DNA from: a virus
Taxonomy: Duplodnaviria > Caudoviricetes
DNA length: 64,000 bases
IMG/VR virus record: IMGVR_UViG_3300028888_000074
Span: 1-64,000 of that record
Strand: one strand, 5' to 3'
Shown here piece after piece: positions 46,148 through 56,666 of this stretch; the stretch's first letter is position 1; each line of letters opens with the position of its first letter. The translations under genes and the position numbers were made by a program. The notes under the pieces were generated by a model. The model saw only the letters and a list, made by a program, of their open reading frames with translations. It made no database searches and was not told where the DNA came from.

Positions 46148-47332
46148 ATGGAAAAATACCTTTTAAAATATATTAGAGGAAGCCATGCTCATGGTATTTC
46201 CACTCCACAGTCTGACGTTGACATGGGTGGTGTATTCGCTTGTGACAACAAACAACTGCTTGGTCTTGGATTTGACTATAAAGATGAAATTGCAGATGAA
46301 AGACACGATGTCGTGTATTGGGAACTTGGAAAGTTCGGAAATTTGTTATGCAAGTCAAACCCAACTGTTCTTGAAAGTCTTTTTGTCGATAAGGAGTTCA
46401 TTGTTGAACAAGATAAACTCTTTATGCCGTTTGTTGAAAATAGAAAAGCTTTTTTGACAAAGGAGTGTTTTAATCCTTTCGGAACGTATTCCGCCTCACA
46501 AATCAAGAAGTGCAGGGGACTTAACAAGCTGATTACCAATCCGTTAGTAGAAAGAAAGGACATTCTTGACTTCTGCTATACATTTCATAACCAGGGTAGT
46601 ATGCCATTGAATCAGTGGCTGAATAAATATAATCTCAATCAAAAATATTGCGGTCTAGTTAATATTCCTAATATGCCAAACTGTTATGGTTTGTATTATG
46701 ACTGGTGGAATCATTTTGCTGATGAAGACATTTCAATTGGTGACATTGAAGATATGTCTTTGGCTGGCAGTGATATGTACGAACTAATTGTTGACCACTA
46801 TAATCTTGATGTATATGATTTTGATACTGTTGCTGATTGGTTTAAGGAGTTGAAGCCAGCTGGGTATAAAGGTATTATGGATGAGGAAGGAAAATCCACA
46901 AGCTTAAGACTTTCTTCTGTTGTGAAATATGAAAAACCGTTGTGTTATGTGAATTACAATCAGGACGGCTATACATGCCATTGTAGGAAATATCGTGAGT
47001 ACAAGGAATGGGAGGCTAAAAGGAATCCTGTGCGTTATCAGTCAAATCTGAATAAAAATTACGACGCAAAGAACATGAGCGAATGTTTCAGACTTGTACA
47101 GACTTGCATTGAAATCGCAAATGGTGAGACTTATAAGGTAAACAGGAAAGGTATTGATTCTGAGTTACTTCTTAACATTAGAGGACACAAGTTTGAATAT
47201 GACGAACTTATGGAAATTCTTGACAAGAAAGTTGTTGAAATGAATGCAGCAATTGAAAAGTCAACAATTCCAGAAACAGTTGATGTGAATTTGGTTAATG
47301 ATTTGGTAATTGACATTAGAAAGAAAATTTAA
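46148..47332 (+). CDS. Nucleotidyltransferase, Pol-beta superfamily (YcgL/RlaP-like)
   Basis: RGSHAHG...SDVDMGGVF, NPTVLE, YDAKNMS. Confidence 0.82.
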   Translation: MEKYLLKYIRGSHAHGISTPQSDVDMGGVFACDNKQLLGLGFDYKDEIADERHDVVYWELGKFGNLLCKSNPTVLESLFVDKEFIVEQDKLFMPFVENRKAFLTKECFNPFGTYSASQIKKCRGLNKLITNPLVERKDILDFCYTFHNQGSMPLNQWLNKYNLNQKYCGLVNIPNMPNCYGLYYDWWNHFADEDISIGDIEDMSLAGSDMYELIVDHYNLDVYDFDTVADWFKELKPAGYKGIMDEEGKSTSLRLSSVVKYEKPLCYVNYNQDGYTCHCRKYREYKEWEAKRNPVRYQSNLNKNYDAKNMSECFRLVQTCIEIANGETYKVNRKGIDSELLLNIRGHKFEYDELMEILDKKVVEMNAAIEKSTIPETVDVNLVNDLVIDIRKKI

Positions 47333-47428
47333 AACAATGATAAGTTTTTTAATTTTTATTATTTGGTTTTAGGATGAAGGTTATGATGTATTAAAAGAAA
47401 TTAACGAAAATTGCAAAAATTAACATAT

Positions 47429-47821
47429 ATGTGTTTAGTAGTAAAGAAAATAAGGCACTTAAACAATAAGCCTAAAATTGCAAAGAAAGATATTATTTGT
47501 TACAAGATGTTCAGGGTAAATAAACTCGGACTTCAAAGCCCGTATAGAGGTACAATATGGAATTGTGGCGATAACATAAAAAATGGGTATATGAATGCTG
47601 ACAATTTTCAAATGATGCCAGAGGATGGTATGATAAACAACGGATTGCATAGTTTTAGAAAACTAGAAAAACCAACAGATTGTCCATATACAAAATATAT
47701 AATCAAAATGACAAAAGATGATGATTGTGTTACTGTATGTTGTATAATCCCAAAAGGTTCAAGATATTGGATTGGAAGAGATAATGATTATTGCTCTGAA
47801 AAATTGTATCTCATGTATTAA
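47429..47821 (+). CDS. hypothetical phage protein
   Basis: AKKDIICYK..GLHSF..CIIPKGS.Y.G motif. Confidence 0.72.
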   Translation: MCLVVKKIRHLNNKPKIAKKDIICYKMFRVNKLGLQSPYRGTIWNCGDNIKNGYMNADNFQMMPEDGMINNGLHSFRKLEKPTDCPYTKYIIKMTKDDDCVTVCCIIPKGSRYWIGRDNDYCSEKLYLMY

Positions 47822-47846
47822 TTTTTTTTTAGTTTTACATAAAATT

Positions 47847-48290
47847 ATGAGTAAATCAATAATAGAAATAAGGAGAAAAAGAGACGGTAAAATCCTTCGT
47901 GACGAAATCAACGATGCGTGCCAGACGCACAACATTTACGATGGGGACGTGCTTGTTGAATCCGACAAGGACTACAACATAGGGTACATTGAGGGGATTG
48001 GTTTTTGCAGCTTTTCCGAATATGAGGAGCTGGCAGACTACGAAGAACAACCTATGATGACACAGGAAGCAACGATTAAAGGCTGGGTTGCAGTTGACAC
48101 AGTAATGGGTATAAGGAGAGTCATTTTCTTTCCAAACAAACCCGTAAGGGATGTATTGGCACACTTTCATTATTGGGCAGCCACCTGGCCAAATTATGAA
48201 TCATTTCAATTAGGTTCAAACCTTTTCAAAGGTTTACGGTGGGAGGACGAGCCTGTTGAAGCAGAAATAACTATAAAAATAAATAGATAA
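47847..48290 (+). CDS. hypothetical protein
   Basis: ORF in operon. Confidence 0.68.
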   Translation: MSKSIIEIRRKRDGKILRDEINDACQTHNIYDGDVLVESDKDYNIGYIEGIGFCSFSEYEELADYEEQPMMTQEATIKGWVAVDTVMGIRRVIFFPNKPVRDVLAHFHYWAATWPNYESFQLGSNLFKGLRWEDEPVEAEITIKINR

Positions 48291-48502
48291 ATGATTACCG
48301 AAGATTATTCAAGTTCAAGTTTGGAAATCGCTAAATGCGGTGAATGCCCATTTTATTGGGGAGACGAAAGAAATGTTAGAAATAGCTTTTGCAGATATGG
48401 CAACGGTTGGGGATGGGGTTTTTCACCGACAGAAGAATGCCATTATATTTAATTTAGTTTATTGTTAACATTGAAAAAGTATGTGTATGAAAGAAGATTA
48501 TT

Positions 48503-48781
48503 GTGAGTGATATGACAAAGAAAGAAAAGCTTATAAATAGATTGAATAAGGCGTTTGACCTTAATTTTAATAACAAGACACCCATTATAACAAGAATGAA
48601 CAACAGGAATGGAGGTTTCAGTTGGATTGCTGGTGTTGGGGGAAGTTCAGTTGGAAGCACAAATTCAATAACAGAATGTTTAACTTGGGAAAAATGGGTT
48701 CTTTCTACAGAATTACACGAACTGTTGGAATACCACGAGAATGACATATATGATTCAAGTTGTAGAATAGAAAAAATTTAA
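48503..48781 (+). CDS. hypothetical protein
   Basis: ORF in operon. Confidence 0.6.
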   Translation: MSDMTKKEKLINRLNKAFDLNFNNKTPIITRMNNRNGGFSWIAGVGGSSVGSTNSITECLTWEKWVLSTELHELLEYHENDIYDSSCRIEKI

Positions 48782-48789
48782 ATATAAGT

Positions 48790-49347
48790 GTGATATTAGA
48801 GGAATTTCACGAAAAACATTGCATGGAATGCGGTTCTCAACGTTGCATTGGTGTATATGACAATGGGTGGTGTGAAGCTTGTAAACTGTACAAAAACGAA
48901 TTTGAAGATAATTCAAATTTTGTAAACAAACAATTGATTAATAAAAAAAAAATAGAGAACATGAAAAAACAAGTTTTAATATGTGACAGATGCGGTAAAG
49001 ATATATCGCAAGATACAATTCTACATGGCTGCAAAAGTAATATAAATATTGATTTGGAATTCTGCCACTATGGAAGTATGGGTGGTGAAGAGGATTTGGA
49101 ACACTTTGAATTGGACCTTTGTGACGATTGTTCTCGTGATTTATATTATAAATTAAAAAACTGGTTGAAAGAAAAGAAAGACAATTTAATTCCTGTTCTT
49201 GTTGACACGTTTTCGTATGACGAAGCTTTCGGAACATATGAGAAGGTGAGATGTCATGATTATACAAAAAACTACGAACCAATGAGGCTTACACCGCAAC
49301 AAATAAAAGAATTCATTGACAAAGGAATAAATTTGAAATTTGAATAA
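48790..49347 (+). CDS. Cys-rich hypothetical protein
   Basis: Several CxxC pairs. Confidence 0.65.
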   Translation: MILEEFHEKHCMECGSQRCIGVYDNGWCEACKLYKNEFEDNSNFVNKQLINKKKIENMKKQVLICDRCGKDISQDTILHGCKSNINIDLEFCHYGSMGGEEDLEHFELDLCDDCSRDLYYKLKNWLKEKKDNLIPVLVDTFSYDEAFGTYEKVRCHDYTKNYEPMRLTPQQIKEFIDKGINLKFE

Positions 49348-49359
49348 ATTATCATTGTT

Positions 49360-49797
49360 ATGATTAAAGAAGATTACGTCAGCTTTGAAACAGCAAAGTT
49401 GTTGAAAGAAAAAGGTTTTGATGAGAAGTGTTTTCAGTATTGGCATGAGAAAGACAACGAGTTGGTACACAGCCGAAGTCCGTGCCCTATTCGTAACATC
49501 ACAAATCCTTGTTTCTTCGGGCCTGCCGCCCCGACATTGCAGATGGCGATGAAGTGGCTGCGTGATGTGCATAGTTGTTATATTACAACTTATTGGGAAT
49601 TTAAAAATTACAATGAAAATGGCAATCCAGTATTTAAAGATATTATTTGGAGTTATAACATATCAATTCCAAAATATAACAGTGCAAGAAATGGTGACGG
49701 AGATTATTTTGATATGGACAGTGAAAAAGAAGATTATACTACATCCGAGGAAGCTTGCGAAGCAGCCATCAAATATTGTCTGGAAAACCTTATCTGA
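49360..49797 (+). CDS. hypothetical phage protein (EDYVSFETAKLLKEKGF..PTLQMAMKWLR)
   Basis: ORF in operon. Confidence 0.75.
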   Translation: MIKEDYVSFETAKLLKEKGFDEKCFQYWHEKDNELVHSRSPCPIRNITNPCFFGPAAPTLQMAMKWLRDVHSCYITTYWEFKNYNENGNPVFKDIIWSYNISIPKYNSARNGDGDYFDMDSEKEDYTTSEEACEAAIKYCLENLI

Positions 49798-49966
49798 CCT
49801 ATGACAAAAGCGGAATATGAAGTGACAAAACGATGGTGCCATGTCAGGTGTTTGAAACCAAAAGAACAATGCAAGAAGTGTTCCATCTTGAAATATTATG
49901 AAACTGTTTTTGGAAAAACGGAAAAAAAATAGTAGTATAGATTTACAAAAAATAAATAACAAAGCA

Positions 49967-50224
49967 ATGAAATTAGAAAAAATTGATTTATTGGAGTGGG
50001 GATGGCATAAAACAGGAGACCCAAGCAAACCGAAAGGAGGATTTTTGTGGGTAAATCCAGATTACCCTGAATTCTATATAATGTACGATGAACCTGAAGG
50101 ATGCGCATATGTGCTTTACAGATATGCAAAAGGTGGAAGCGATGCCTATAATAGCATTGTAGAGATTTACAGATTCATGGATATCCATAAAGGATATGAG
50201 CATGAACAGGATTTTGGGCTTTAA
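49967..50224 (+). CDS. hypothetical protein
   Basis: ORF in operon. Confidence 0.6.
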   Translation: MKLEKIDLLEWGWHKTGDPSKPKGGFLWVNPDYPEFYIMYDEPEGCAYVLYRYAKGGSDAYNSIVEIYRFMDIHKGYEHEQDFGL

Positions 50225-50338
50225 GAAAAGCAAAAACCATCATATCAAAGTAGACTGAGACAATAACGGAAGAGTTGTTTTTTTTTAAATTTAATTGTAT
50301 AATCATAATTGAATAAAAAAATTAAAAAAAAAAATATT

Positions 50339-50779
50339 ATGAAAATCTACATTTTATTAGACGAGTACTTGAATTCAGAACACCACTGTGACTTTGTTGA
50401 TGTGTTCGACAGTGCAGAAGCTGTTTTGAAATATATATCAGAACACCAGACTGATGGTCATAAATTCAAATATGAGACAAGAGAATTTCAAGACCCACCT
50501 ACTGGAATCAAAATTGATTACCCAAATGTTACACCAATTACAACCCCTCTTAAACCTGGAGAAACATATCCGCTTGGTATAACATGGGGTGGTTATGCTT
50601 ATCCTCCATGCTTCAAAGGAGGACCGTGTACAAATCCAAACTACGACTGCATCAACTGTCCAAGGCCATATGGAGGTGGAGGAACATATTCAACAAACAC
50701 TATTGATGAACTAAAGCCAAACACTATTGATGAACTAAAGCCAAAGAATACAGTAACCACAAACATAAAGACAGAATAA
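50339..50779 (+). CDS. hypothetical protein
   Basis: GTATAAT upstream; 24-bp tandem duplication (NTIDELKP x2). Confidence 0.68.
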   Translation: MKIYILLDEYLNSEHHCDFVDVFDSAEAVLKYISEHQTDGHKFKYETREFQDPPTGIKIDYPNVTPITTPLKPGETYPLGITWGGYAYPPCFKGGPCTNPNYDCINCPRPYGGGGTYSTNTIDELKPNTIDELKPKNTVTTNIKTE

Positions 50780-50832
50780 TGTCATATCATTACATCATTA
50801 CATAATAGTTTTAGTATTAAACGAATAAAAGT

Positions 50833-51063
50833 ATGAAAAAAATTTTAATTTTTATTTTGGGTGTTATCTTTATGTGCGGATGTGCTGAAAGAGACTATAG
50901 CTATGATGACAAAATGCCGTTTCTAGATAGAGTTATTGTTATTGATAGTTGCGAGTATATAGAAGGTACATATGCACTTACTCATAAGGGTAACTGCAAA
51001 TATTGTGCCGCCAGAAGAAAAGCCGAAATGGAAGAAGTCATTAATAATTTAAAATTAAAATAA
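50833..51063 (+). CDS. small lipoprotein
   Basis: Signal peptide with Cys; THKGNCKYC. Confidence 0.68.
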   Translation: MKKILIFILGVIFMCGCAERDYSYDDKMPFLDRVIVIDSCEYIEGTYALTHKGNCKYCAARRKAEMEEVINNLKLK

Positions 51064-51116
51064 TACAGTAAACAAAATTCATTTATAGAAAATTTACCTT
51101 AAAAAAATAATTTAAA

Positions 51117-51596
51117 ATGATTGAAAATTTTGTATTTAATGACGTTGTTTTATATTCTAAGGGCTGGTATAGAAAGACTGATTTGGTTTCTGACCTTGGA
51201 TATATTTTCAGTAAAATTTATGGCTGGACACCTAAAACAGAAGAAGAAGTTGCAAGATTTATGCTGATTGCGATAGACCATCTATACACAGAACTGGAAA
51301 TACCGTTTGATTATAACTGTAACGGGAAATATAAAAATTCATTTGCATCGTTTAGCGACGAGATTAAAAAACGCATGAGATTATATGATGTGTCATATGA
51401 CATGGCCATTATACTTTTTTGTTTATCTATTTTCCAACAACTTGACAATACTCAAATAAAACTTAATCCACCTCATTTTGGGAAAAAAGAACATTTCAGA
51501 CTTGGTATAATGTTTGGAGAATATCCAATTTCACAAACTTATGCTGAAATGAACAGACGTGTAAATAATTTTTTTAATAGAAATAAGCATGACTAA
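51117..51596 (+). CDS. hypothetical protein
   Basis: ORF in operon. Confidence 0.7.
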   Translation: MIENFVFNDVVLYSKGWYRKTDLVSDLGYIFSKIYGWTPKTEEEVARFMLIAIDHLYTELEIPFDYNCNGKYKNSFASFSDEIKKRMRLYDVSYDMAIILFCLSIFQQLDNTQIKLNPPHFGKKEHFRLGIMFGEYPISQTYAEMNRRVNNFFNRNKHD

Positions 51597-51954
51597 ATTC
51601 AATGTGTTAACTTGGGATTTTAATACCGACAAACTGGAGCATTATGACGTCATTCCGTATTTTGTTGAACGTTATAAAGAAAGAGTTGAGCGCTCCGAAG
51701 ATGAAACAATAAAACGAGATATTGATAATTATCCAGAATATAAGGCACGTTTTGGTGTTCCAGAAACAATTGATGAATTCAAAAAATTTGTCGAAGACGA
51801 ATCAATGTATATGTTCTGGTCGAGATGCGAATGGGAAATGATTATCCATGGATGGCCAGTACAACGTGAAGAATATAAAATAGATGTCCATGAACAAATT
51901 ATGATGAATATTGACGTCATTGCGGATATTTTGAATAAAGAACTTAACCACTAA
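51589..51954 (+). CDS. hypothetical protein
   Basis: FWSRCEWE motif; ORF in operon. Confidence 0.7.
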   Translation: MTKFNVLTWDFNTDKLEHYDVIPYFVERYKERVERSEDETIKRDIDNYPEYKARFGVPETIDEFKKFVEDESMYMFWSRCEWEMIIHGWPVQREEYKIDVHEQIMMNIDVIADILNKELNH

Positions 51955-51967
51955 AAAGGAAAACCAA

Positions 51968-52453
51968 ATGATTACAACTTGTGCAATGGTTTTGATAAAC
52001 CAGGAAGGCGATATACTTGCTTGCCACGGAACTGGAAAACCGAAAAACTATGGTTACGATTTTCCAAAAGGTTGTGTTGACGATGAAAACGAATCACACT
52101 TTGAGGCCGCTTGCCGTGAATTGAAAGAAGAAACTGGGCTCACTATAGAACAGCTTGAATTAGATGGTATTACAGTGTCAGAATACATAATAGACGGCGG
52201 TGTATATAAACATAATCACGAAAAAAACATTCATTTGTTTTTATGTCCATTGAAAACATTCCCTAATCTGGAAACATTGGAATGTACAACTTCTTTTCAA
52301 ACAAAGGAAGGAAAATCCCTGCCAGAAATGGATGGATACAAAATCATCACAAAAGAAGAAAGGAATTTGTTCAACAAAGTATTGTGGAATAAATTTGAAT
52401 TAATTGACGCTTTAAATTCAAAAGTTGAATATAAAAACAGTAAAAATGTTTGA
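51968..52453 (+). CDS. Nudix hydrolase
   Basis: PKGCVDDENESHFEAACRELKEETGL. Confidence 0.85.
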   Translation: MITTCAMVLINQEGDILACHGTGKPKNYGYDFPKGCVDDENESHFEAACRELKEETGLTIEQLELDGITVSEYIIDGGVYKHNHEKNIHLFLCPLKTFPNLETLECTTSFQTKEGKSLPEMDGYKIITKEERNLFNKVLWNKFELIDALNSKVEYKNSKNV

Positions 52454-53375
52454 AGAAATCAAAAAAAGAAGAGTAAGAAAATTGTTTTACAACACTGGCT
52501 TTGTAGATGTGTTGAACAAGGTATGTAGCGTAATGATGAGTATAACAAAAGATGGTGTGAATGAAAACTCAAACAAACAATATTGGAATACCTGGAAATG
52601 GGCTCGTGTCGTTTTGCACCAAAAATTAGAAGAAATCACCAGGTGTGAATACGATTCGGTTACAACGGATTACATCTATTCATATTATAATGAATTGGTT
52701 AAGAGATTTGAACATGTTGACAATGTAGTTGGTGCGAAGATTGATGATTACATTGAAAAAAAGCTATTGGAACAGAAAGACGAAATTGTTTTTGCAATAG
52801 ATGTTGACAGTGTCCTGAGAAACAATCTTGGCGAAATGGTGAAACTTTACAATCAGGAGTTTAATGAAAACATGACTGTTGAGGATATCAAGAACTATAA
52901 GACTGATATATCGTTTCCACGAATTGAGGAAGAGACTGGCCAAACATCAAGCCAATGGTTTTTCCAGGACCACTCTGAAGAGCTTTTTGTGAAAGCAAAA
53001 CCGTTTGAAAATGCAAGCGAAGATGTTGCAGAACTGAGAAAGCTTGGAAAGGTAATCATTGTCACATACCAAAAAACAACACTAAATAAAGTACAGACAT
53101 TGGAATGGTTGGATAACAATGGTATTAAATATGATGGAATTGTGTTTGTCAAGGACAAATCAATCGTTGATTGTGATTATTTCATTGACGATAACGATTG
53201 GAATTTCAATGGATGCAAGGCAAGTCATGGCATTTTGATAGATGCGCCGTATAACCAAAATTTGAATTTGGAAGAGCTTAGGCGAAAAACATATTGTAAA
53301 GAAATAATAAGATTCAACTCGCTGCATGATTTTGTTGTTGAGTTGAAAGACTCTTTAAATTATAAACAACATTGA
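52446..53375 (+). CDS. HAD-family 5'(3')-deoxyribonucleotidase-like protein with N-terminal extension
   Basis: AIDVDSVL, IVT, DKS...D.FIDD, DAPYN. Confidence 0.78.
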   Translation: MFEEIKKRRVRKLFYNTGFVDVLNKVCSVMMSITKDGVNENSNKQYWNTWKWARVVLHQKLEEITRCEYDSVTTDYIYSYYNELVKRFEHVDNVVGAKIDDYIEKKLLEQKDEIVFAIDVDSVLRNNLGEMVKLYNQEFNENMTVEDIKNYKTDISFPRIEEETGQTSSQWFFQDHSEELFVKAKPFENASEDVAELRKLGKVIIVTYQKTTLNKVQTLEWLDNNGIKYDGIVFVKDKSIVDCDYFIDDNDWNFNGCKASHGILIDAPYNQNLNLEELRRKTYCKEIIRFNSLHDFVVELKDSLNYKQH

Positions 53376-53983
53376 GACAAAAAAGTTTATTAAGAGATGA
53401 AGATGAAAAATTATCTGAAGAAATAGGTGATTTCCTTGACAAAACATTCTATCTTGAAGAAACAACAGATTCCACAAGAATTAAAGACAAAAAACTTCAA
53501 ATATCTGGAATAGATACAATATTCACATATCAAGGACAAAAATATGAATGTGATGAGAAGGCGGCTGTTAGATACAGAAATCTGAAAACATTCTCACTTG
53601 AGTTGTCTTTTATTGACAAAAACGGAGACATTGCTGTTGGATGGTTTTTAAGCCAAAAAAACAGAAACAACTCCTATCTTTTTGTGTGGATTGATGACGG
53701 AGAAATTGAGATTGCGTTGGTTGAGAAATCTGCCATTTTGAAATATCTACAGAGCCTTGGATGGACCAATGAATTGTTATTAAAAAAACAACGGAAAATA
53801 AGGTATGCACTAGACAATGATAAATTCGAATATCTTGGAAATTTAGACAATGATGGATTAAAATTCCATTACTCGAAACAACTTGTTGAAAAACCGATAA
53901 ATATATTGTTATATAGGGATGTTTATCGAAAATTGGCTATATTCAATAAATTTTATTCAATAAAAGAATTTGGAAAAAAATAA
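53372..53983 (+). CDS. PD-(D/E)xK-like putative nuclease
   Basis: Q..GID...DEK motif. Confidence 0.45.
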   Translation: MRQKSLLRDEDEKLSEEIGDFLDKTFYLEETTDSTRIKDKKLQISGIDTIFTYQGQKYECDEKAAVRYRNLKTFSLELSFIDKNGDIAVGWFLSQKNRNNSYLFVWIDDGEIEIALVEKSAILKYLQSLGWTNELLLKKQRKIRYALDNDKFEYLGNLDNDGLKFHYSKQLVEKPINILLYRDVYRKLAIFNKFYSIKEFGKK

Positions 53984-54040
53984 TATTTATGTTAAAAGTT
54001 GAACAAACTTTAAAAATAATTTTAAAATTAAATTAAGAAT

Positions 54041-54619
54041 ATGAAAAAGATTTTTAATTTTTTTGCCATTGTTTTAATGGTGTTTGCTTTTGCTTCTTGT
54101 AATGGATGTAAGAGCGGTCAGGATGTGATTCCTCAAGACCAGGATGTTATTGTTGCTGGTTATGACTATGACAGCGTTGTTGTCGGGGATTACGACTATA
54201 TAGCTTCTCAATACAAGAGATTTTTGTTCTATGAGGTTGATGTTGTATTTGACACACTTCTTAATGCTGGAACCGATGTGAATATTGTCTCAATCGGTAC
54301 GGTGTTCCAGGTTGGTGACACATGTGTGATGATTTTCCATAACCCAGGAAAATGTGGTGAGAAACCAGAAATCATAAAAGAATGCGACCACTGGATGGAA
54401 TGCAGTGATATGACAGCAAGAAACCCGATTATGTACGATTCCTGCATGGCTTTGGCAAAACCTTACATGTGTAACATGCCGACAAGAAAGCTAACGTTTA
54501 GAAAACGTGTCGGCCCTCCGTTCCCGAAACATGGCGAATACATCTTCGGAAACGGATACCTGTTCATCGAGAGCCATACAGGTGAGATTACTGGTACAGC
54601 CGTACCTTGCAACAAATAA
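54041..54619 (+). CDS. lipoprotein
   Basis: Lipobox FAS-C. Confidence 0.72.
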   Translation: MKKIFNFFAIVLMVFAFASCNGCKSGQDVIPQDQDVIVAGYDYDSVVVGDYDYIASQYKRFLFYEVDVVFDTLLNAGTDVNIVSIGTVFQVGDTCVMIFHNPGKCGEKPEIIKECDHWMECSDMTARNPIMYDSCMALAKPYMCNMPTRKLTFRKRVGPPFPKHGEYIFGNGYLFIESHTGEITGTAVPCNK

Positions 54620-54722
54620 CATTTGTTGGAAACAAAAAATCAAAAGCGCTTGGAATTTTTCTTAAGCGCTTTTTTGTTTTTTTCATTTTTAAAAAGTATA
54701 ATCAATAAAAAAACACTTAAAG

Positions 54723-56228
54723 GTCAACTACCCACGACTAAAGTCGTGGGCTTGTGGAGCAAAGGACAGAACCCTGTAACGGATTAAGCCTTTGACATGG
54801 CGCGTTGACAAGCGCTCTTACATCATCTTGGTACAACCAATTTGATTTACGTTCTTTGAAATACTTTTTTAGAATATTGACACTACCATTTATATCAGCG
54901 TTCAGCATACTGCCGTCGGAAGACATGTATAAGCCACGCTCTACCCTTATTCCTGAAAAGGTGTGTTTCTCTTCGGAAATTCCGTATGTCGGAATCGGGT
55001 CGTCGTCAAGCGAGCTCGCCTTTGATGTGTAGCTCTCCTCCTGGGGACAGTATGCTATGCCGTGCAGTTCACACTTGTATTTCAGTTTCTGGCGGAACTT
55101 ATGCAGCGGTATCATCACGGTGTTCTGGTTATTGACCTTACCAATGCTGATTTCCTGTTTCTGTTCCTTGTTGTAACCGACAACAAGTGTTGTCACACCG
55201 AACTCAAGGCATTTGTCCACGATAAGTTTGACCGACTTTCCGAAATAGTCGTCAATCCTGTGCGACCTTCCGTTCATCAGGCGAAGCATCTTTGGTGTGT
55301 TGGCCGACTTTACATGTTCGTTCTTGGCATATTCGCCCTTTAGCATTGCAACTTTCTTATTGTAATAGTGATTTATGCTTTTTAGTCTTCGCCCGTCAAT
55401 AAGGAACTGACGGGTTTCACCATTAGAAAAGATTGTGCAAGCGGCAAGGTTGTCAACACCAAGGTCTATGGACATGTAACCGTCACCTTCAGCCTGTCTG
55501 AGTTGGTTTCCTGCCTCGTAAATAAATTCTATTGAGAACTGCCGACCGTTGTACTGCGGGATTATACGGATTTCCTTGAATTCAGTTACATTTCTGAGAT
55601 TCTTCGGAATGGTGAGCAGGATTCTCCTGTCGTCAATCCCGTACTTTTCGCGGAATTCCTTGGTGAGTCCGATAGCGACAGTCCCGTTCTTTTGGATACG
55701 ACAGCTTCTCCCCTGAATGGTACAGATTGCCAGACCTTCGGAATCCTTATAACGGGGAAGTCTCACCTGTTCGGAATACCTGCCTGACTTTTTCAGTGCA
55801 AGCAGTTTGAAGAACGACTGCATGTCCCTGTCGACAAGTCTGAGAATCTGTTGCGCACAGTCGGAGAGAAGTATGTGGTAGTTCTCATTGTCCTTGCATT
55901 CGTTATAGTTTGCATAGTAGGACAGGTAGGATTGTGTGTTGAAATAGTGCTGGCGCACGGAATACAGGCCGACATTGTACATCCTTGCGGAATGGTAACA
56001 GAGGTTTCTGAGGATGGACAAGTCCACCTCGTGTTTCTGTTTGGTCTGAAGTATTTTCGTTGTCAGGTACATTTCCGTGTGTTGTATATATAAATAGTAG
56101 GTTATTTCAAAAAAGTTTATAATATATTATATTTATAAAAAAAAAAATAAGAATAATAATAAAAAAAAAGAAAAGGCTAGCCTGCAATTCCTCCCACCAC
56201 TAAAGTAGTGGGTTTCCTTGCAGGAGTT
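54723..56228 (-). mobile_element. IS200/IS605-family TnpB-only element E
   Basis: Hairpins at both ends; ATGAT 5' of the left end; right end TGAC. Confidence 0.78.
54738..56072 (-). CDS. tnpB: TnpB-family protein (rearranged RuvC-II type)
   Basis: SIDLGVDN, VVGYN, QEESYTS, NADING. Confidence 0.88.
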   Translation of the reverse strand: MYLTTKILQTKQKHEVDLSILRNLCYHSARMYNVGLYSVRQHYFNTQSYLSYYANYNECKDNENYHILLSDCAQQILRLVDRDMQSFFKLLALKKSGRYSEQVRLPRYKDSEGLAICTIQGRSCRIQKNGTVAIGLTKEFREKYGIDDRRILLTIPKNLRNVTEFKEIRIIPQYNGRQFSIEFIYEAGNQLRQAEGDGYMSIDLGVDNLAACTIFSNGETRQFLIDGRRLKSINHYYNKKVAMLKGEYAKNEHVKSANTPKMLRLMNGRSHRIDDYFGKSVKLIVDKCLEFGVTTLVVGYNKEQKQEISIGKVNNQNTVMIPLHKFRQKLKYKCELHGIAYCPQEESYTSKASSLDDDPIPTYGISEEKHTFSGIRVERGLYMSSDGSMLNADINGSVNILKKYFKERKSNWLYQDDVRALVNAPCQRLNPLQGSVLCSTSPRL

Positions 56229-56231
56229 ATC

Positions 56232-56660
56232 ATGAAACATATTGCTTTTAATAATTTTTCCCATATCACTTTCAAGTACAGAACTGAAAACGATACAATA
56301 AAAAGGATTAAGAAGGGCGAACACTATTGCCAACATCCTTTCTTGGAAGCTATAATAGAAGAGGATTACGATTCAAAATTTGGTACGGTACGCTATTTTA
56401 ATAACTGGAGTAGCACTGCACAAGAAGACAGATGGTATAGCGGAAACGCTTATTTCAAGACTATAGAAGAAGTTGTTAAAGACTGGAATGACCACGTCTT
56501 TTATGCCGAACAAGAAGACATATGGTATAATAAACCATGGATTGAAATAACATTGCTTGACGGGTCGAAACGGATATCATTTCTTAACAATGATGAAGAG
56601 CTTGAAAATGAACTCGCTTTATATGGGAAACTAAAATTTTGTACACATGTCAACGAATAA
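56232..56660 (+). CDS. hypothetical protein
   Basis: ATG 3 bp outside the IS E left end. Confidence 0.65.
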   Translation: MKHIAFNNFSHITFKYRTENDTIKRIKKGEHYCQHPFLEAIIEEDYDSKFGTVRYFNNWSSTAQEDRWYSGNAYFKTIEEVVKDWNDHVFYAEQEDIWYNKPWIEITLLDGSKRISFLNNDEELENELALYGKLKFCTHVNE

Positions 56661-56666
56661 CGTGTT

